NCBI GenBank assembly: GCA_021812805.1
Contig: JAKAMQ010000001.1
Location: 1 to 61,733 of the forward strand
Direction: 5' to 3'
DNA length: 61,733 bases
DNA from: Acidobacteriota bacterium
Lineage (GTDB): Bacteria; Acidobacteriota; Holophagae; Holophagales; Holophagaceae
The position numbers were made by a program, and so were the translations under genes. Below are positions 38,136 through 46,013 of the stretch, one piece after another (positions within the stretch are counted from its first letter, which is position 1; each line of letters starts with the position of its first letter). The notes under the pieces are model-generated. The model saw only the letters and a list, made by a program, of their open reading frames with translations. It was not told where the DNA came from and searched no databases.

Positions 38136-38885
38136 ATGTCCGAACGTCTGATCCTCCTCACCAATGACGATGGCCTGTGGGCGCCCGGCCTTGCGGCGCT
38201 GGCGCGGGTGGCATCCCGCTTCGGCCGGGTGGTCACCGTCGCGCCGGATCGCAACCGCTCGGCCATCTCCAGCGCCCTCAGCCTGCACAACATCCTCCGG
38301 CTGCATGCCCTGGGAGAGGATCGGTACGCCTGCGACGGCACCCCCGTGGATTGCGTGCTGCTGGGCGTCTGCGAGGTGCTGGACCGGCGCCCCGACTGGA
38401 TCCTCTCCGGCGTGAACCTGGGCTTCAACCTGGGCGAGGATGTGTTCTATTCCGGCACCGTGGGCGCCGCCTTCGAGGGCCGGCTCCAGGGCGCCCGGGC
38501 GGCGGCCTTCTCCATGCACCCCAAGGGCGATCTGGCCCTGGCCGAGCCCTGGATCGAGCGGTTCCTCCAGCGTTGGGAGGGCCTGGACCTGCCTGCGAAC
38601 CGCATCTGGAACCTCAACTTCCCCGAGGGCACCCCCCGGGGCTTCCGCCTCACGGGCCAGGACAGCCGCGCCTATCACGACATCGTGGAGCGGCGCGTGG
38701 ATCCCCGGGGCACGCCCTACTTCTGGATCGGCGGAGACGCGGGCCCCACCTACGCGAAGAGCCCCGGTTCCGACGCTGAGGCGGTGCTGGACGGCTGGGT
38801 GAGCGCGACCCCCCTGCGCCTGGATCTGGGCTGCCCCGAGATCCTCGCCCGGGGCGCGGCCTTCGACGCCGCCTTCAACGGGTGA
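38136..38885 (+). CDS. surE: 5'/3'-nucleotidase SurE
   Basis: ILLTNDDG, GTPVDCV and SGVNLG.NLG..VFYSGTVGAA motifs. Confidence 0.95.
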   Translation: MSERLILLTNDDGLWAPGLAALARVASRFGRVVTVAPDRNRSAISSALSLHNILRLHALGEDRYACDGTPVDCVLLGVCEVLDRRPDWILSGVNLGFNLGEDVFYSGTVGAAFEGRLQGARAAAFSMHPKGDLALAEPWIERFLQRWEGLDLPANRIWNLNFPEGTPRGFRLTGQDSRAYHDIVERRVDPRGTPYFWIGGDAGPTYAKSPGSDAEAVLDGWVSATPLRLDLGCPEILARGAAFDAAFNG

Positions 38886-38889
38886 CCCC

Positions 38890-39162
38890 ATGCGCGTGAG
38901 CTTTCGCGTCCGGGGCGAGGTGCAGGGCGTCGGCTTCCGGCGCTTCGCCGCCCGGGAGGCCCAGGCCTTCGGACTGGCCGGCTGGGTGCGCAACGAGCCG
39001 GATGGATCGGTGCAGGGCGAGGCCGAGGGGCCCGACCCCCTGCTGGCCCGCTTCCGCGCCCGTCTGGCCGAGGGACCGCCCTTCGGCCGCGTGGAGGAAC
39101 TGGACTGGAAGGCCCTGGATGTGGGATCCTCCCTTCCCCATCCGTTCGAGATTCGAAGGTAG
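38890..39162 (+). CDS. acyP: Acylphosphatase
   Basis: GEVQGVGFR and GWVRNEPDGSV motifs. Confidence 0.93.
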   Translation: MRVSFRVRGEVQGVGFRRFAAREAQAFGLAGWVRNEPDGSVQGEAEGPDPLLARFRARLAEGPPFGRVEELDWKALDVGSSLPHPFEIRR

Positions 39163-39164
39163 CC

Positions 39165-39677
39165 ATGTCCTTGCACCCATTCGTTCGCGACGTTCCTGAC
39201 TTCCCCAAGCCCGGCATCCTCTTCAAGGACATCACCCCGCTGCTGGCCAGCGCGGAGGCGTTCAGGCAGGCGGTGGAATCCATGGCCGAGCCTGTGCTGA
39301 ACCTCCAGCCCACCCATGTTCTGGGCCTGGAGTCCCGGGGCTTCATCTTCGGCAGCGCCCTCGCGCAGAGGCTGGGCCTGGGCTTCGTCCCCGCCCGCAA
39401 GCCCGGCAAGCTGCCCCTGACCACCCACAAGGAGGCCTACGGGCTGGAGTACGGGAGCGATGCCCTGGAGATCCACACGGACGCCTTCGGCCCCGGCGAC
39501 CGGGTGCTCATCGTGGACGATGTCATGGCCACGGGAGGCACCGCCGCCGCCGCCCAGCGGCTGGTCCAGCGCACCGGCGCCCAGCCCGTGGCGCTCACCG
39601 TCTTCATCGAGCTGACCACCCTGCCCGGCCGGGAGAAGGTCGAGGGCCTGCCGGTCTTCAGCGTGCTGCGGTACTGA
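39165..39677 (+). CDS. apt: Adenine phosphoribosyltransferase
   Basis: PDFPKPGILFKDITPLL and VLIVDDVMATGGT motifs. Confidence 0.95.
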   Translation: MSLHPFVRDVPDFPKPGILFKDITPLLASAEAFRQAVESMAEPVLNLQPTHVLGLESRGFIFGSALAQRLGLGFVPARKPGKLPLTTHKEAYGLEYGSDALEIHTDAFGPGDRVLIVDDVMATGGTAAAAQRLVQRTGAQPVALTVFIELTTLPGREKVEGLPVFSVLRY

Positions 39678-39683
39678 TGTTGT

Positions 39684-39729
39684 CCAGGGGGGACCGCCCG
39701 GCCCTTGCGGGCCTCTGCGTCCCCCCTGG
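39684..39729. repeat. REP-like hairpin between convergent genes
   Basis: CCAGGGGGGAC ... GTCCCCCCTGG. Confidence 0.45.
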
Positions 39730-39785
39730 GAACCCCGCCGCGTAGCCGGACCGAGTCCGTCTCCGCATCCTGGCCTCCCGGACCG

Positions 39786-40664
39786 TCATCCCGGAAACCC
39801 CATCTCCACGAGGCTGTCGCGGATGCCCGTATCGGGGGGCCTCGGCGTGATCCCCAGCGCCGCCAGCCGGCGCGGGAGCACCCGCCGGCGGTCCCGCAGG
39901 AAGGCCAGGAGGCCCGGGCTCAGAACCCGTTCCGCCTCGGCCCAGCCGATGCGCCGGGGCGCAGGCAGGCCCGCCAGCACGGCCACCCGCTCCGTGAATT
40001 CGGCCAGGCTCCAGGGGCATCCATCCGTGAGGTTGAAGATGCCCTCGGCGGTGCCGGCCAGGGCCGCCTCGCAGGCGGCCACCAGGTCATCCACATGGAT
40101 GCGGTGGCCGGGGCCCGTGTCTTCGGGCCGGAGGACCGGTTCCCCGCGGCGGAGGCGCTCCAGGGGCAGGCGGTGGGGGCCGTAGATGGCCGCGACACGG
40201 AACACCACGCAGCGGGTGCCCCGGACCGCGCACCAAGCCTGGGCCTGGCGTTCCGCATCCAGCCGCTGCCGCGCCCGGTCGTTCCCCGGCACGGGCGGCG
40301 TGGCCTCGTCCACCTCGGCGCCCCCGGCATCCCCATAGACGCCCGTGGTGCTGGCATAGAGAAAAACCCTGGGCCGGGCCTTCTCCAGGGCCGCCAGGAA
40401 GGCGCGGAGGCGCTCATCCAGCTCGCCGGCGCCTCCCGGCGGCGCCAGATAGACCACGGCGTCCAGATCCTCCGGCACCGTCAAGGCGCCTCCGCCCAGG
40501 TCCACGGCCTGGGCCGGGATGCCGGCCCTACGCAGGGTCTCCGCGGAGGCCGCCGTGCGCACCAGCGCCAGCTGCGGCCCCTCCCAGCGCTGGGCCAGCC
40601 GCGTCCCGACATAGCCGCAGCCCGCCATGAGGCGGAGTCGCGCCGAGGTCGCACCGGTCTCCAT
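39786..40664 (-). CDS. NAD-dependent epimerase/dehydratase (YeeZ-like SDR)
   Basis: GCGYVG, YASTTGVYGD, IYGP.R and RIHVDDL motifs. Confidence 0.88.
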   Translation of the reverse strand: METGATSARLRLMAGCGYVGTRLAQRWEGPQLALVRTAASAETLRRAGIPAQAVDLGGGALTVPEDLDAVVYLAPPGGAGELDERLRAFLAALEKARPRVFLYASTTGVYGDAGGAEVDEATPPVPGNDRARQRLDAERQAQAWCAVRGTRCVVFRVAAIYGPHRLPLERLRRGEPVLRPEDTGPGHRIHVDDLVAACEAALAGTAEGIFNLTDGCPWSLAEFTERVAVLAGLPAPRRIGWAEAERVLSPGLLAFLRDRRRVLPRRLAALGITPRPPDTGIRDSLVEMGFPG

Positions 40665-40728
40665 CCCGCCAGCATAGCCGCCGGATCGTGAGACGCTTGC
40701 AACGGGGCTCCGCCCCCCCGGAGCCCCC

Positions 40729-40818
40729 ATGCTGCCCCTCTTCAAGATGGTCCTGCTGGCCTGGCTGGTGGTCGGCCCGCTGGGGATCTGGCTGCGGCGG
40801 CGAAGGCGCCGGGCCTAG
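40729..40818 (+). CDS. Putative 29-aa membrane peptide
   Basis: MLPLFKMVLLAWLVVGPLGIWLRRRRRRA, GGAG RBS, GC3-biased codons. Confidence 0.4.
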   Translation: MLPLFKMVLLAWLVVGPLGIWLRRRRRRA

Positions 40819-42890
40819 GCTTCGCGGGGCAATACCACGCTGAAGCGGCTGCCGGGAGCCAGTGGCTCATAGCGGGCATCGCCCCCATGGTCCTGGGCGA
40901 TGCGGCGCACGATGGCCAGGCCCAGGCCCGTGCCCTTCCGCTTCGTGGAGAAATAGGGCTCGAAGAGGCGCTCCCGGTCGGCCTCGGGCACGCCAGGGCC
41001 ATCATCGGCGATCTCGAACCGGAAGTGTTCGCCTTCCACCGACAGGCTCAGGGTCACGGTGCCCGGCTGGCCCTCCAGGGCCGCCAGGGCGTTGTCCACC
41101 AGGTTGATGAGGGCGCGTTTCACCATATCGGCATCCCAGCGCGCGCTGCCGGCGGTCTCCGGAGCTTCGAGCTGCCAGCGGATCCCGGGATGGTTGGGCT
41201 CGTAGAGGGCCAGCACCTGGCGGAGCAGCTCGGCCGGATCACAGGGAGCGGGCTGGGGCACCGGCAGGCGCGCGAACCGGCTGAAGCTGTCCACCAGGCG
41301 GGACAGGCTGGCCACCTCGGCCAGGATGGTCTCCGCCCCCTCCTGCACGGCCTCGGCATCCAGGCGGCCATCCCGGCTCCGCCGCAGCAGGCGCTGGGCG
41401 GTGAGCTGGATGGGCGTGAGGGGGTTCTTCACCTCATGGGCCATGCGGCGCGCCACCTCCTGCCAGGCGGCGCGTTTCTCGGCCTGGGCCAGGAGGGACA
41501 GATCCTCCAGCACCGCCAGCACACCGCCGTTCTGCAACGGCTCGATGATGGCCCGCACCAGGCGCCCTTCCCCCTCGCCGCCGAGCCGGAGTTCCTCCTG
41601 GGCGCCCCGGCGGGAGGCCTGCACCTGGGCCACCAGTTCCGGCAGGTTGCCCAGACGCGGAGACTGGGCCAGATCCCCCCAGGCCGCTTCGGCGGGCCCG
41701 GAGGCCCCGAGCCCCAGCCAGCTGCGGGCCGCGGCGTTGAAGGTGCGGAGTTCCCCGTCCAGCCGCCAGCTCATGACCCCCACGGGCAGGGCCGCCAGCA
41801 GCTGATCCAGGTAGGCCCGCTGCTGCTCCAGACGGCTGGCCTGGGCCTCGATGGCCGCCTGGTTGGTCCTCAAGTCCCGGGTCATCGCGTTGAAGGTGCG
41901 GGCCAGGAAGGCCAGCTCGTCCTCGCCCAGTTCCGGCAGTTGCACCTCCAGGTCGCCGGCGCCCACGCGCTGAGCGGCCTTGGCCAGGGCCCGGATGGGC
42001 TCGGAAAGGGACCGCGCCAGGGCCAGACCGGACCACACCGCGAAGAAGAGCGTGAGCAGGGTGAGGAACAGGAAGGTGCTCTGGGGCAACGTCTGGAGGG
42101 TGTTCCGCGCCAGACGGATCTGCTGGCTCTCGCGGAACCGGTGCTCGAGGGACAGCAGACGCTCCTCCATCCGGCGCGGCAGGAAGACCCCCACCACCCA
42201 GCGGCCATCGCCCCGCGGCACCGCCCGGAGCAGCCAGGTGCCCTCCCGGGTGTGCTGGGACGTGGTGCCCGTGACAGCGGACAGGTCGGGCGGCGGCGGC
42301 CCCGGCAACAGGTCCAGGGCGCGCACCCCGCCGCCCGGCTCGGGCCCGAGGAAGGCCACCAGATCGAGGCCGGAGGCCGCCCGGATTGTGGCCGGGTCAT
42401 CCGAAGGCGAGGCCCGCAGCCGGTCGGTGCCGAAGTCCAGGCGGGCCATGTTGGCGGCGCGCAGATCGTCGGCGGCCTTCTTCCCTTCGCGGATCACCTG
42501 CTCCGTCTCGGGACTGAACCAGCGTTCCACATTCTTGTTGATGAAGTTCCGGCCCACCAGGAACAGGATCAGGCTCGGCACGATGCCCACGATGAAGAGC
42601 GTCAGGACCATCCGGGTGCGCAGGCGGGAGCCGAGGATGCCGCTCTTGCGCTCGAAGTAGAGCTTGGCCAGGCTGCGGGCGACGATGAACAGCAGCGTGC
42701 CGATGGCCAGCACGTTGGCCAGGCCCAGCGCCACCAGGGCCCAGCGGGAAGGGGCGTCCAGGCCCGCGTCCGCGATCCGGTCGCCGAGCGACTTGTAGGC
42801 CAGGATGATCATGACGATCAGCACGCCCAGGCCGATGGCCACGTAGAGGCGCGTCAGCTCGGGATGCCGTGACCGGCGCGAGGGGATCAT
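40815..42890 (-). CDS. NtrY-like HAMP/PAS sensor histidine kinase
   Basis: AWQEVARRMAHEVKNPLTPIQL, HAMP domain, FEPYFSTK..GTGLGL. Confidence 0.9.
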   Translation of the reverse strand: MIPSRRSRHPELTRLYVAIGLGVLIVMIILAYKSLGDRIADAGLDAPSRWALVALGLANVLAIGTLLFIVARSLAKLYFERKSGILGSRLRTRMVLTLFIVGIVPSLILFLVGRNFINKNVERWFSPETEQVIREGKKAADDLRAANMARLDFGTDRLRASPSDDPATIRAASGLDLVAFLGPEPGGGVRALDLLPGPPPPDLSAVTGTTSQHTREGTWLLRAVPRGDGRWVVGVFLPRRMEERLLSLEHRFRESQQIRLARNTLQTLPQSTFLFLTLLTLFFAVWSGLALARSLSEPIRALAKAAQRVGAGDLEVQLPELGEDELAFLARTFNAMTRDLRTNQAAIEAQASRLEQQRAYLDQLLAALPVGVMSWRLDGELRTFNAAARSWLGLGASGPAEAAWGDLAQSPRLGNLPELVAQVQASRRGAQEELRLGGEGEGRLVRAIIEPLQNGGVLAVLEDLSLLAQAEKRAAWQEVARRMAHEVKNPLTPIQLTAQRLLRRSRDGRLDAEAVQEGAETILAEVASLSRLVDSFSRFARLPVPQPAPCDPAELLRQVLALYEPNHPGIRWQLEAPETAGSARWDADMVKRALINLVDNALAALEGQPGTVTLSLSVEGEHFRFEIADDGPGVPEADRERLFEPYFSTKRKGTGLGLAIVRRIAQDHGGDARYEPLAPGSRFSVVLPREA

Positions 42891-42909
42891 GCTCAGCAGG
42901 CTATCCTGG

Positions 42910-43077
42910 ATGCTTCCAGAAAGTCAGACAGAGAGATCCACCTCGATTTGCTGCCTTTTGATTTCTCAACAATCGATCTGGGGGGCTGGAGATTCAACAA
43001 CCAAGCACTCCTTGGATGTACTAGAATCCCGAAACGGGCCACTGCCCCAACGCGAGCAGATTTGTGCCGTTCGATAG
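42910..43077 (+). pseudogene. Possible degenerate N-terminal remnant of an older DNA methyltransferase copy
   Basis: SLDVLESRNGPLP resembles TLDVFEIENKNIP near the N-terminus of the intact MTase. Confidence 0.3.
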
Positions 43078-43120
43078 ACAAACCCTATATACATAACCAC
43101 CGTGCCAGAAGGGATTCTTC

Positions 43121-44368
43121 ATGGGGAAGCAGGTCACGGAGCTCTCTATTTATAATGAAAGTGTAAATGTCTTGGTTGGCATCACAGAGCCACAAGCTCC
43201 ATTCACACTAGATGTATTTGAAATAGAAAATAAAAATATTCCAATAATTACACGGGAACTATGGACATCTCGACAAAGGCAAGCTCACAGTCTCCATGAA
43301 ATTAGCTATAGAGCTTGTTTCAAACCACAATTACCTAAATTTTTTATCCTACGACTAACGACAGAATCAGAGATTGTGTATGACCCCTTTGCAGGGCGAG
43401 GAACGACTGCACTTGAAAGCGCCTTTTTGGGAAGAAAGGTAATTTCAAACGATATTAATCCAATTTCAAAAATATTTGCCAAACCAAGACTTTCGCCACC
43501 AGCTTTAACCACAATTACAGAAAGGCTTAAATCTTTACCCAAATTTCCAACAGAATCACAACAAAATCATCTATCAATGTTTTTTCACGACACAACCTTT
43601 AATGAAATAGTTGCATTGAAAGAATATTTTACTCAAAAAGAGAAGACAAACAAACTAGATGATTGTGATCAATGGATTAGAATGGTTGCAACAAATAGAT
43701 TAACTGGACATAGTCCTGGATTTTTTAGTGTTTATACGTTACCGCCAAATCAAGCTGCTTCAATAGAAGGCCAAGTAAAAATTAACAAAAAATACAATCA
43801 AGAACCAGAATATAGAAATACCTACGACATAATTATAAAAAAATCACGATCACTACTATCTGATCTTCGAGATGACGAAAAATCCACATTGGCAAAATTC
43901 TCAAAGACTGCAAAATTTCTCACAAGAGATGCACGAAATACTCCGGAAATTGAAGATGAAAGCGTGGCTTTAACAATCACCTCACCCCCGTTTTTAGATA
44001 TAGTCCAATACGCAACTGATAACTGGCTAAGATGCTGGTTCAACAATCTTGATGCAAAGTCAATTGAAGATAAGATCTCTACCCCATCAAATATCGAATC
44101 ATGGCAAAAAATAATGAAAGATGTTTTTATAGAACTCTATAGAGTCACAAAATATGGTGGTCATGTTGCTTTTGAGGTTGGCGAAATTCGACGAGGCCGC
44201 ATACAAATGGAAAAACTCGTAATCCCAATCGCTCTTGATGCAGGATTTCATCCGGTAGGTATTTTACTAAATGAACAAGTCTTCACAAAAACTTCCCACA
44301 TTTGGGGCATTGAAAACAATTCTGGCGGAACAAACACTAATAGAATAATTTTACTTAAAAAAACTTAA
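43121..44368 (+). CDS. DNA methyltransferase (N4-C/N6-A), low GC
   Basis: YDPFAGRGTT (motif I) precedes TSPPF (motif IV); AT-rich codons. Confidence 0.9.
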   Translation: MGKQVTELSIYNESVNVLVGITEPQAPFTLDVFEIENKNIPIITRELWTSRQRQAHSLHEISYRACFKPQLPKFFILRLTTESEIVYDPFAGRGTTALESAFLGRKVISNDINPISKIFAKPRLSPPALTTITERLKSLPKFPTESQQNHLSMFFHDTTFNEIVALKEYFTQKEKTNKLDDCDQWIRMVATNRLTGHSPGFFSVYTLPPNQAASIEGQVKINKKYNQEPEYRNTYDIIIKKSRSLLSDLRDDEKSTLAKFSKTAKFLTRDARNTPEIEDESVALTITSPPFLDIVQYATDNWLRCWFNNLDAKSIEDKISTPSNIESWQKIMKDVFIELYRVTKYGGHVAFEVGEIRRGRIQMEKLVIPIALDAGFHPVGILLNEQVFTKTSHIWGIENNSGGTNTNRIILLKKT

Positions 44369-44427
44369 ATTGATATCTTTCGCGAATTTATTTTGAATAA
44401 AATTCACGCGAATTGATCGATATCAAT
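44369..44427. terminator. Long AT-rich hairpin between convergent genes
   Basis: ATTGATATC..TTCGCG.GAATTT ... AAATTC.CGCGAA..GATATCAAT nested arms. Confidence 0.5.
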
Positions 44428-44438
44428 ATTGCTTAATT

Positions 44439-44816
44439 TTAAATAATCCAACCAACAGAAGCAGCATCCTGGCGCAAGGAGGTCACACGAGCTTGTTCTT
44501 TTGCAATTCTAGCCATATACCAATCGCGCATTAGCTCTGCGTCATGTTGAGTGTGAATTATAAAATACCCGCGAGGGTCGTGGTCAAATGATCCAATAAA
44601 GTATCCATTCTCGCGAGAGTTTTTCAATAATCCCTGCTGAAATGCATTCTGAGAAAGGGTAAACCCGCAGTTTGCGAGATAAATTTCAATCATCTCCCAC
44701 GGTTGTGCATTAGCGCTTCCTACCGCATTTGCAATGAGGAAATCAAGGATACATTTGTGAACCACACTCGTTCTTGGGTCCGCTGCTTTGTTTCGGACTG
44801 CTTGAAGAAGGGACAT
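44439..44816 (-). CDS. 125-aa hypothetical protein, wHTH-like
   Basis: AAGGAGA RBS; FIGS....GYFII wing-like motif followed by a coiled helix. Confidence 0.7.
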   Translation of the reverse strand: MSLLQAVRNKAADPRTSVVHKCILDFLIANAVGSANAQPWEMIEIYLANCGFTLSQNAFQQGLLKNSRENGYFIGSFDHDPRGYFIIHTQHDAELMRDWYMARIAKEQARVTSLRQDAASVGWII

Positions 44817-44955
44817 GTTCTCTCCTTATAAAGAGGATAGCCAAATATCTGTGAACTCCTCGGTGAAATGGTCGAGGCTCTTTGGAGGCAATTTACAACC
44901 AAATCATTCTCATCTGCATTAATTTTGACTAGGAGTTTACTCACGGAGGCACACC

Positions 44956-45015
44956 GTGGACAACAACGGCAAGGGCACCAACAGCAACCGCATCGTGCTG
45001 TTCGAGAAAGGGTGA
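44956..45015 (+). pseudogene. High-GC C-terminal remnant of a homologous methyltransferase
   Basis: Encodes VDNNGKGTNSNRIVLFEKG*, versus IENNSGGTNTNRIILLKKT* at the end of 43121-44368. Confidence 0.8.
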
Positions 45016-45016
45016 C

Positions 45017-45796
45017 ATGGACCGCGGAGCGCCCGACCCCTACGGCCGCATCCACTACCGCGGCCTCATCGCCTGGCCCGCCCGCCTGGAGCGGGAGGGG
45101 CCTCTCCTCCGCCGGGTGCTGGGCGAGGCGCCGCTGAAGGTGCTCGACCTCGGCTGCGGCACCGGCGAGCACACCCGCTACCTGCAGGCCCAGGGCCACC
45201 GGATGACGGGTGTGGACGCCTCGCCCTCCCAGCTGCGGGCCGCCCGGGAAGCCGCACCCGCCGCCCTGGACCTGCCCCCGGCGCGGTTCGTGGAGGGGGA
45301 TCTTGCCGCGCTCGCGGACCTTGTGGAACCCGGTTTTGCCGGCGCCCTCTGCCTCGGCAACACCCTGCCCCACCTGGCGGACGGGGCCGCCCTCGACCGG
45401 TTCCTGGCGGGCCTGGCCTCGCGCCTGGTCCCCGGCGCGCCCGTCCTCCTGCAACTCCTGAACTACGACCGCATCCTCGACCGCGGCGAGCGCACCTTCC
45501 CCGTGACGCTGCGCCCCGATGCGGACGGCGAGACCGTCTTCCTGCGCCTCATGACGCCGCAGGCAGACGGCACGGTGATATTCACCCCCGCCACCCTGCG
45601 CTACCGCCCCGGGGCCGAGCCGCCCCTGGAACTCCTCGCCGCCCGCGAGGTGCGCCTGCGGGGCTGGCGCCGGGCCGAGCTCGAGGCCGCCCTGGTCCGC
45701 GCCGGCTTCGCGGTGCGCGACGTCCTCGGCGGCATGACAGACGAACCCTGGAGTCCCGTGTCACAGGATCTGGTGCTCGTGGCCGCGCGGGACTGA
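45017..45796 (+). CDS. Class I SAM-dependent methyltransferase
   Basis: VLDLGCGTG, GVDAS and CLGNTLPH motifs. Confidence 0.88.
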   Translation: MDRGAPDPYGRIHYRGLIAWPARLEREGPLLRRVLGEAPLKVLDLGCGTGEHTRYLQAQGHRMTGVDASPSQLRAAREAAPAALDLPPARFVEGDLAALADLVEPGFAGALCLGNTLPHLADGAALDRFLAGLASRLVPGAPVLLQLLNYDRILDRGERTFPVTLRPDADGETVFLRLMTPQADGTVIFTPATLRYRPGAEPPLELLAAREVRLRGWRRAELEAALVRAGFAVRDVLGGMTDEPWSPVSQDLVLVAARD

Positions 45797-45803
45797 AAAG
45801 CCT

Positions 45804-45897
45804 GGCCACGGAGGGCACGGAATCACACGGAAGACACGGAGGACTAGGGCCGCGTGGCCAGGGAGGCCTTGATGTGTGTTCCGTGTCTTCCGTGGCC
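45804..45897. repeat. Palindromic element built from CACGGA short repeats
   Basis: ccacggagg-gcacggaat-cacacggaa-gacacgga ... gtgtgttcc-gtgtcttcc-gtgg. Confidence 0.6.
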
Positions 45898-46013
45898 TGC
45901 AGGCCTGTCACGCGCCCCCAGAATCAGACACGGGAGCCGATGCAACGCGCCCTCTGTGCCGCGTCATCCGCTTGCTGCGAGCAGAACGCCTGTTGCTTGG
46001 CGGTCTTGTTTGT

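Noticed and set aside
43121-44816. Complete type II restriction-modification system
   Set aside because: The 125-aa neighbour has no recognisable PD-(D/E)xK, HNH or GIY-YIG motif.
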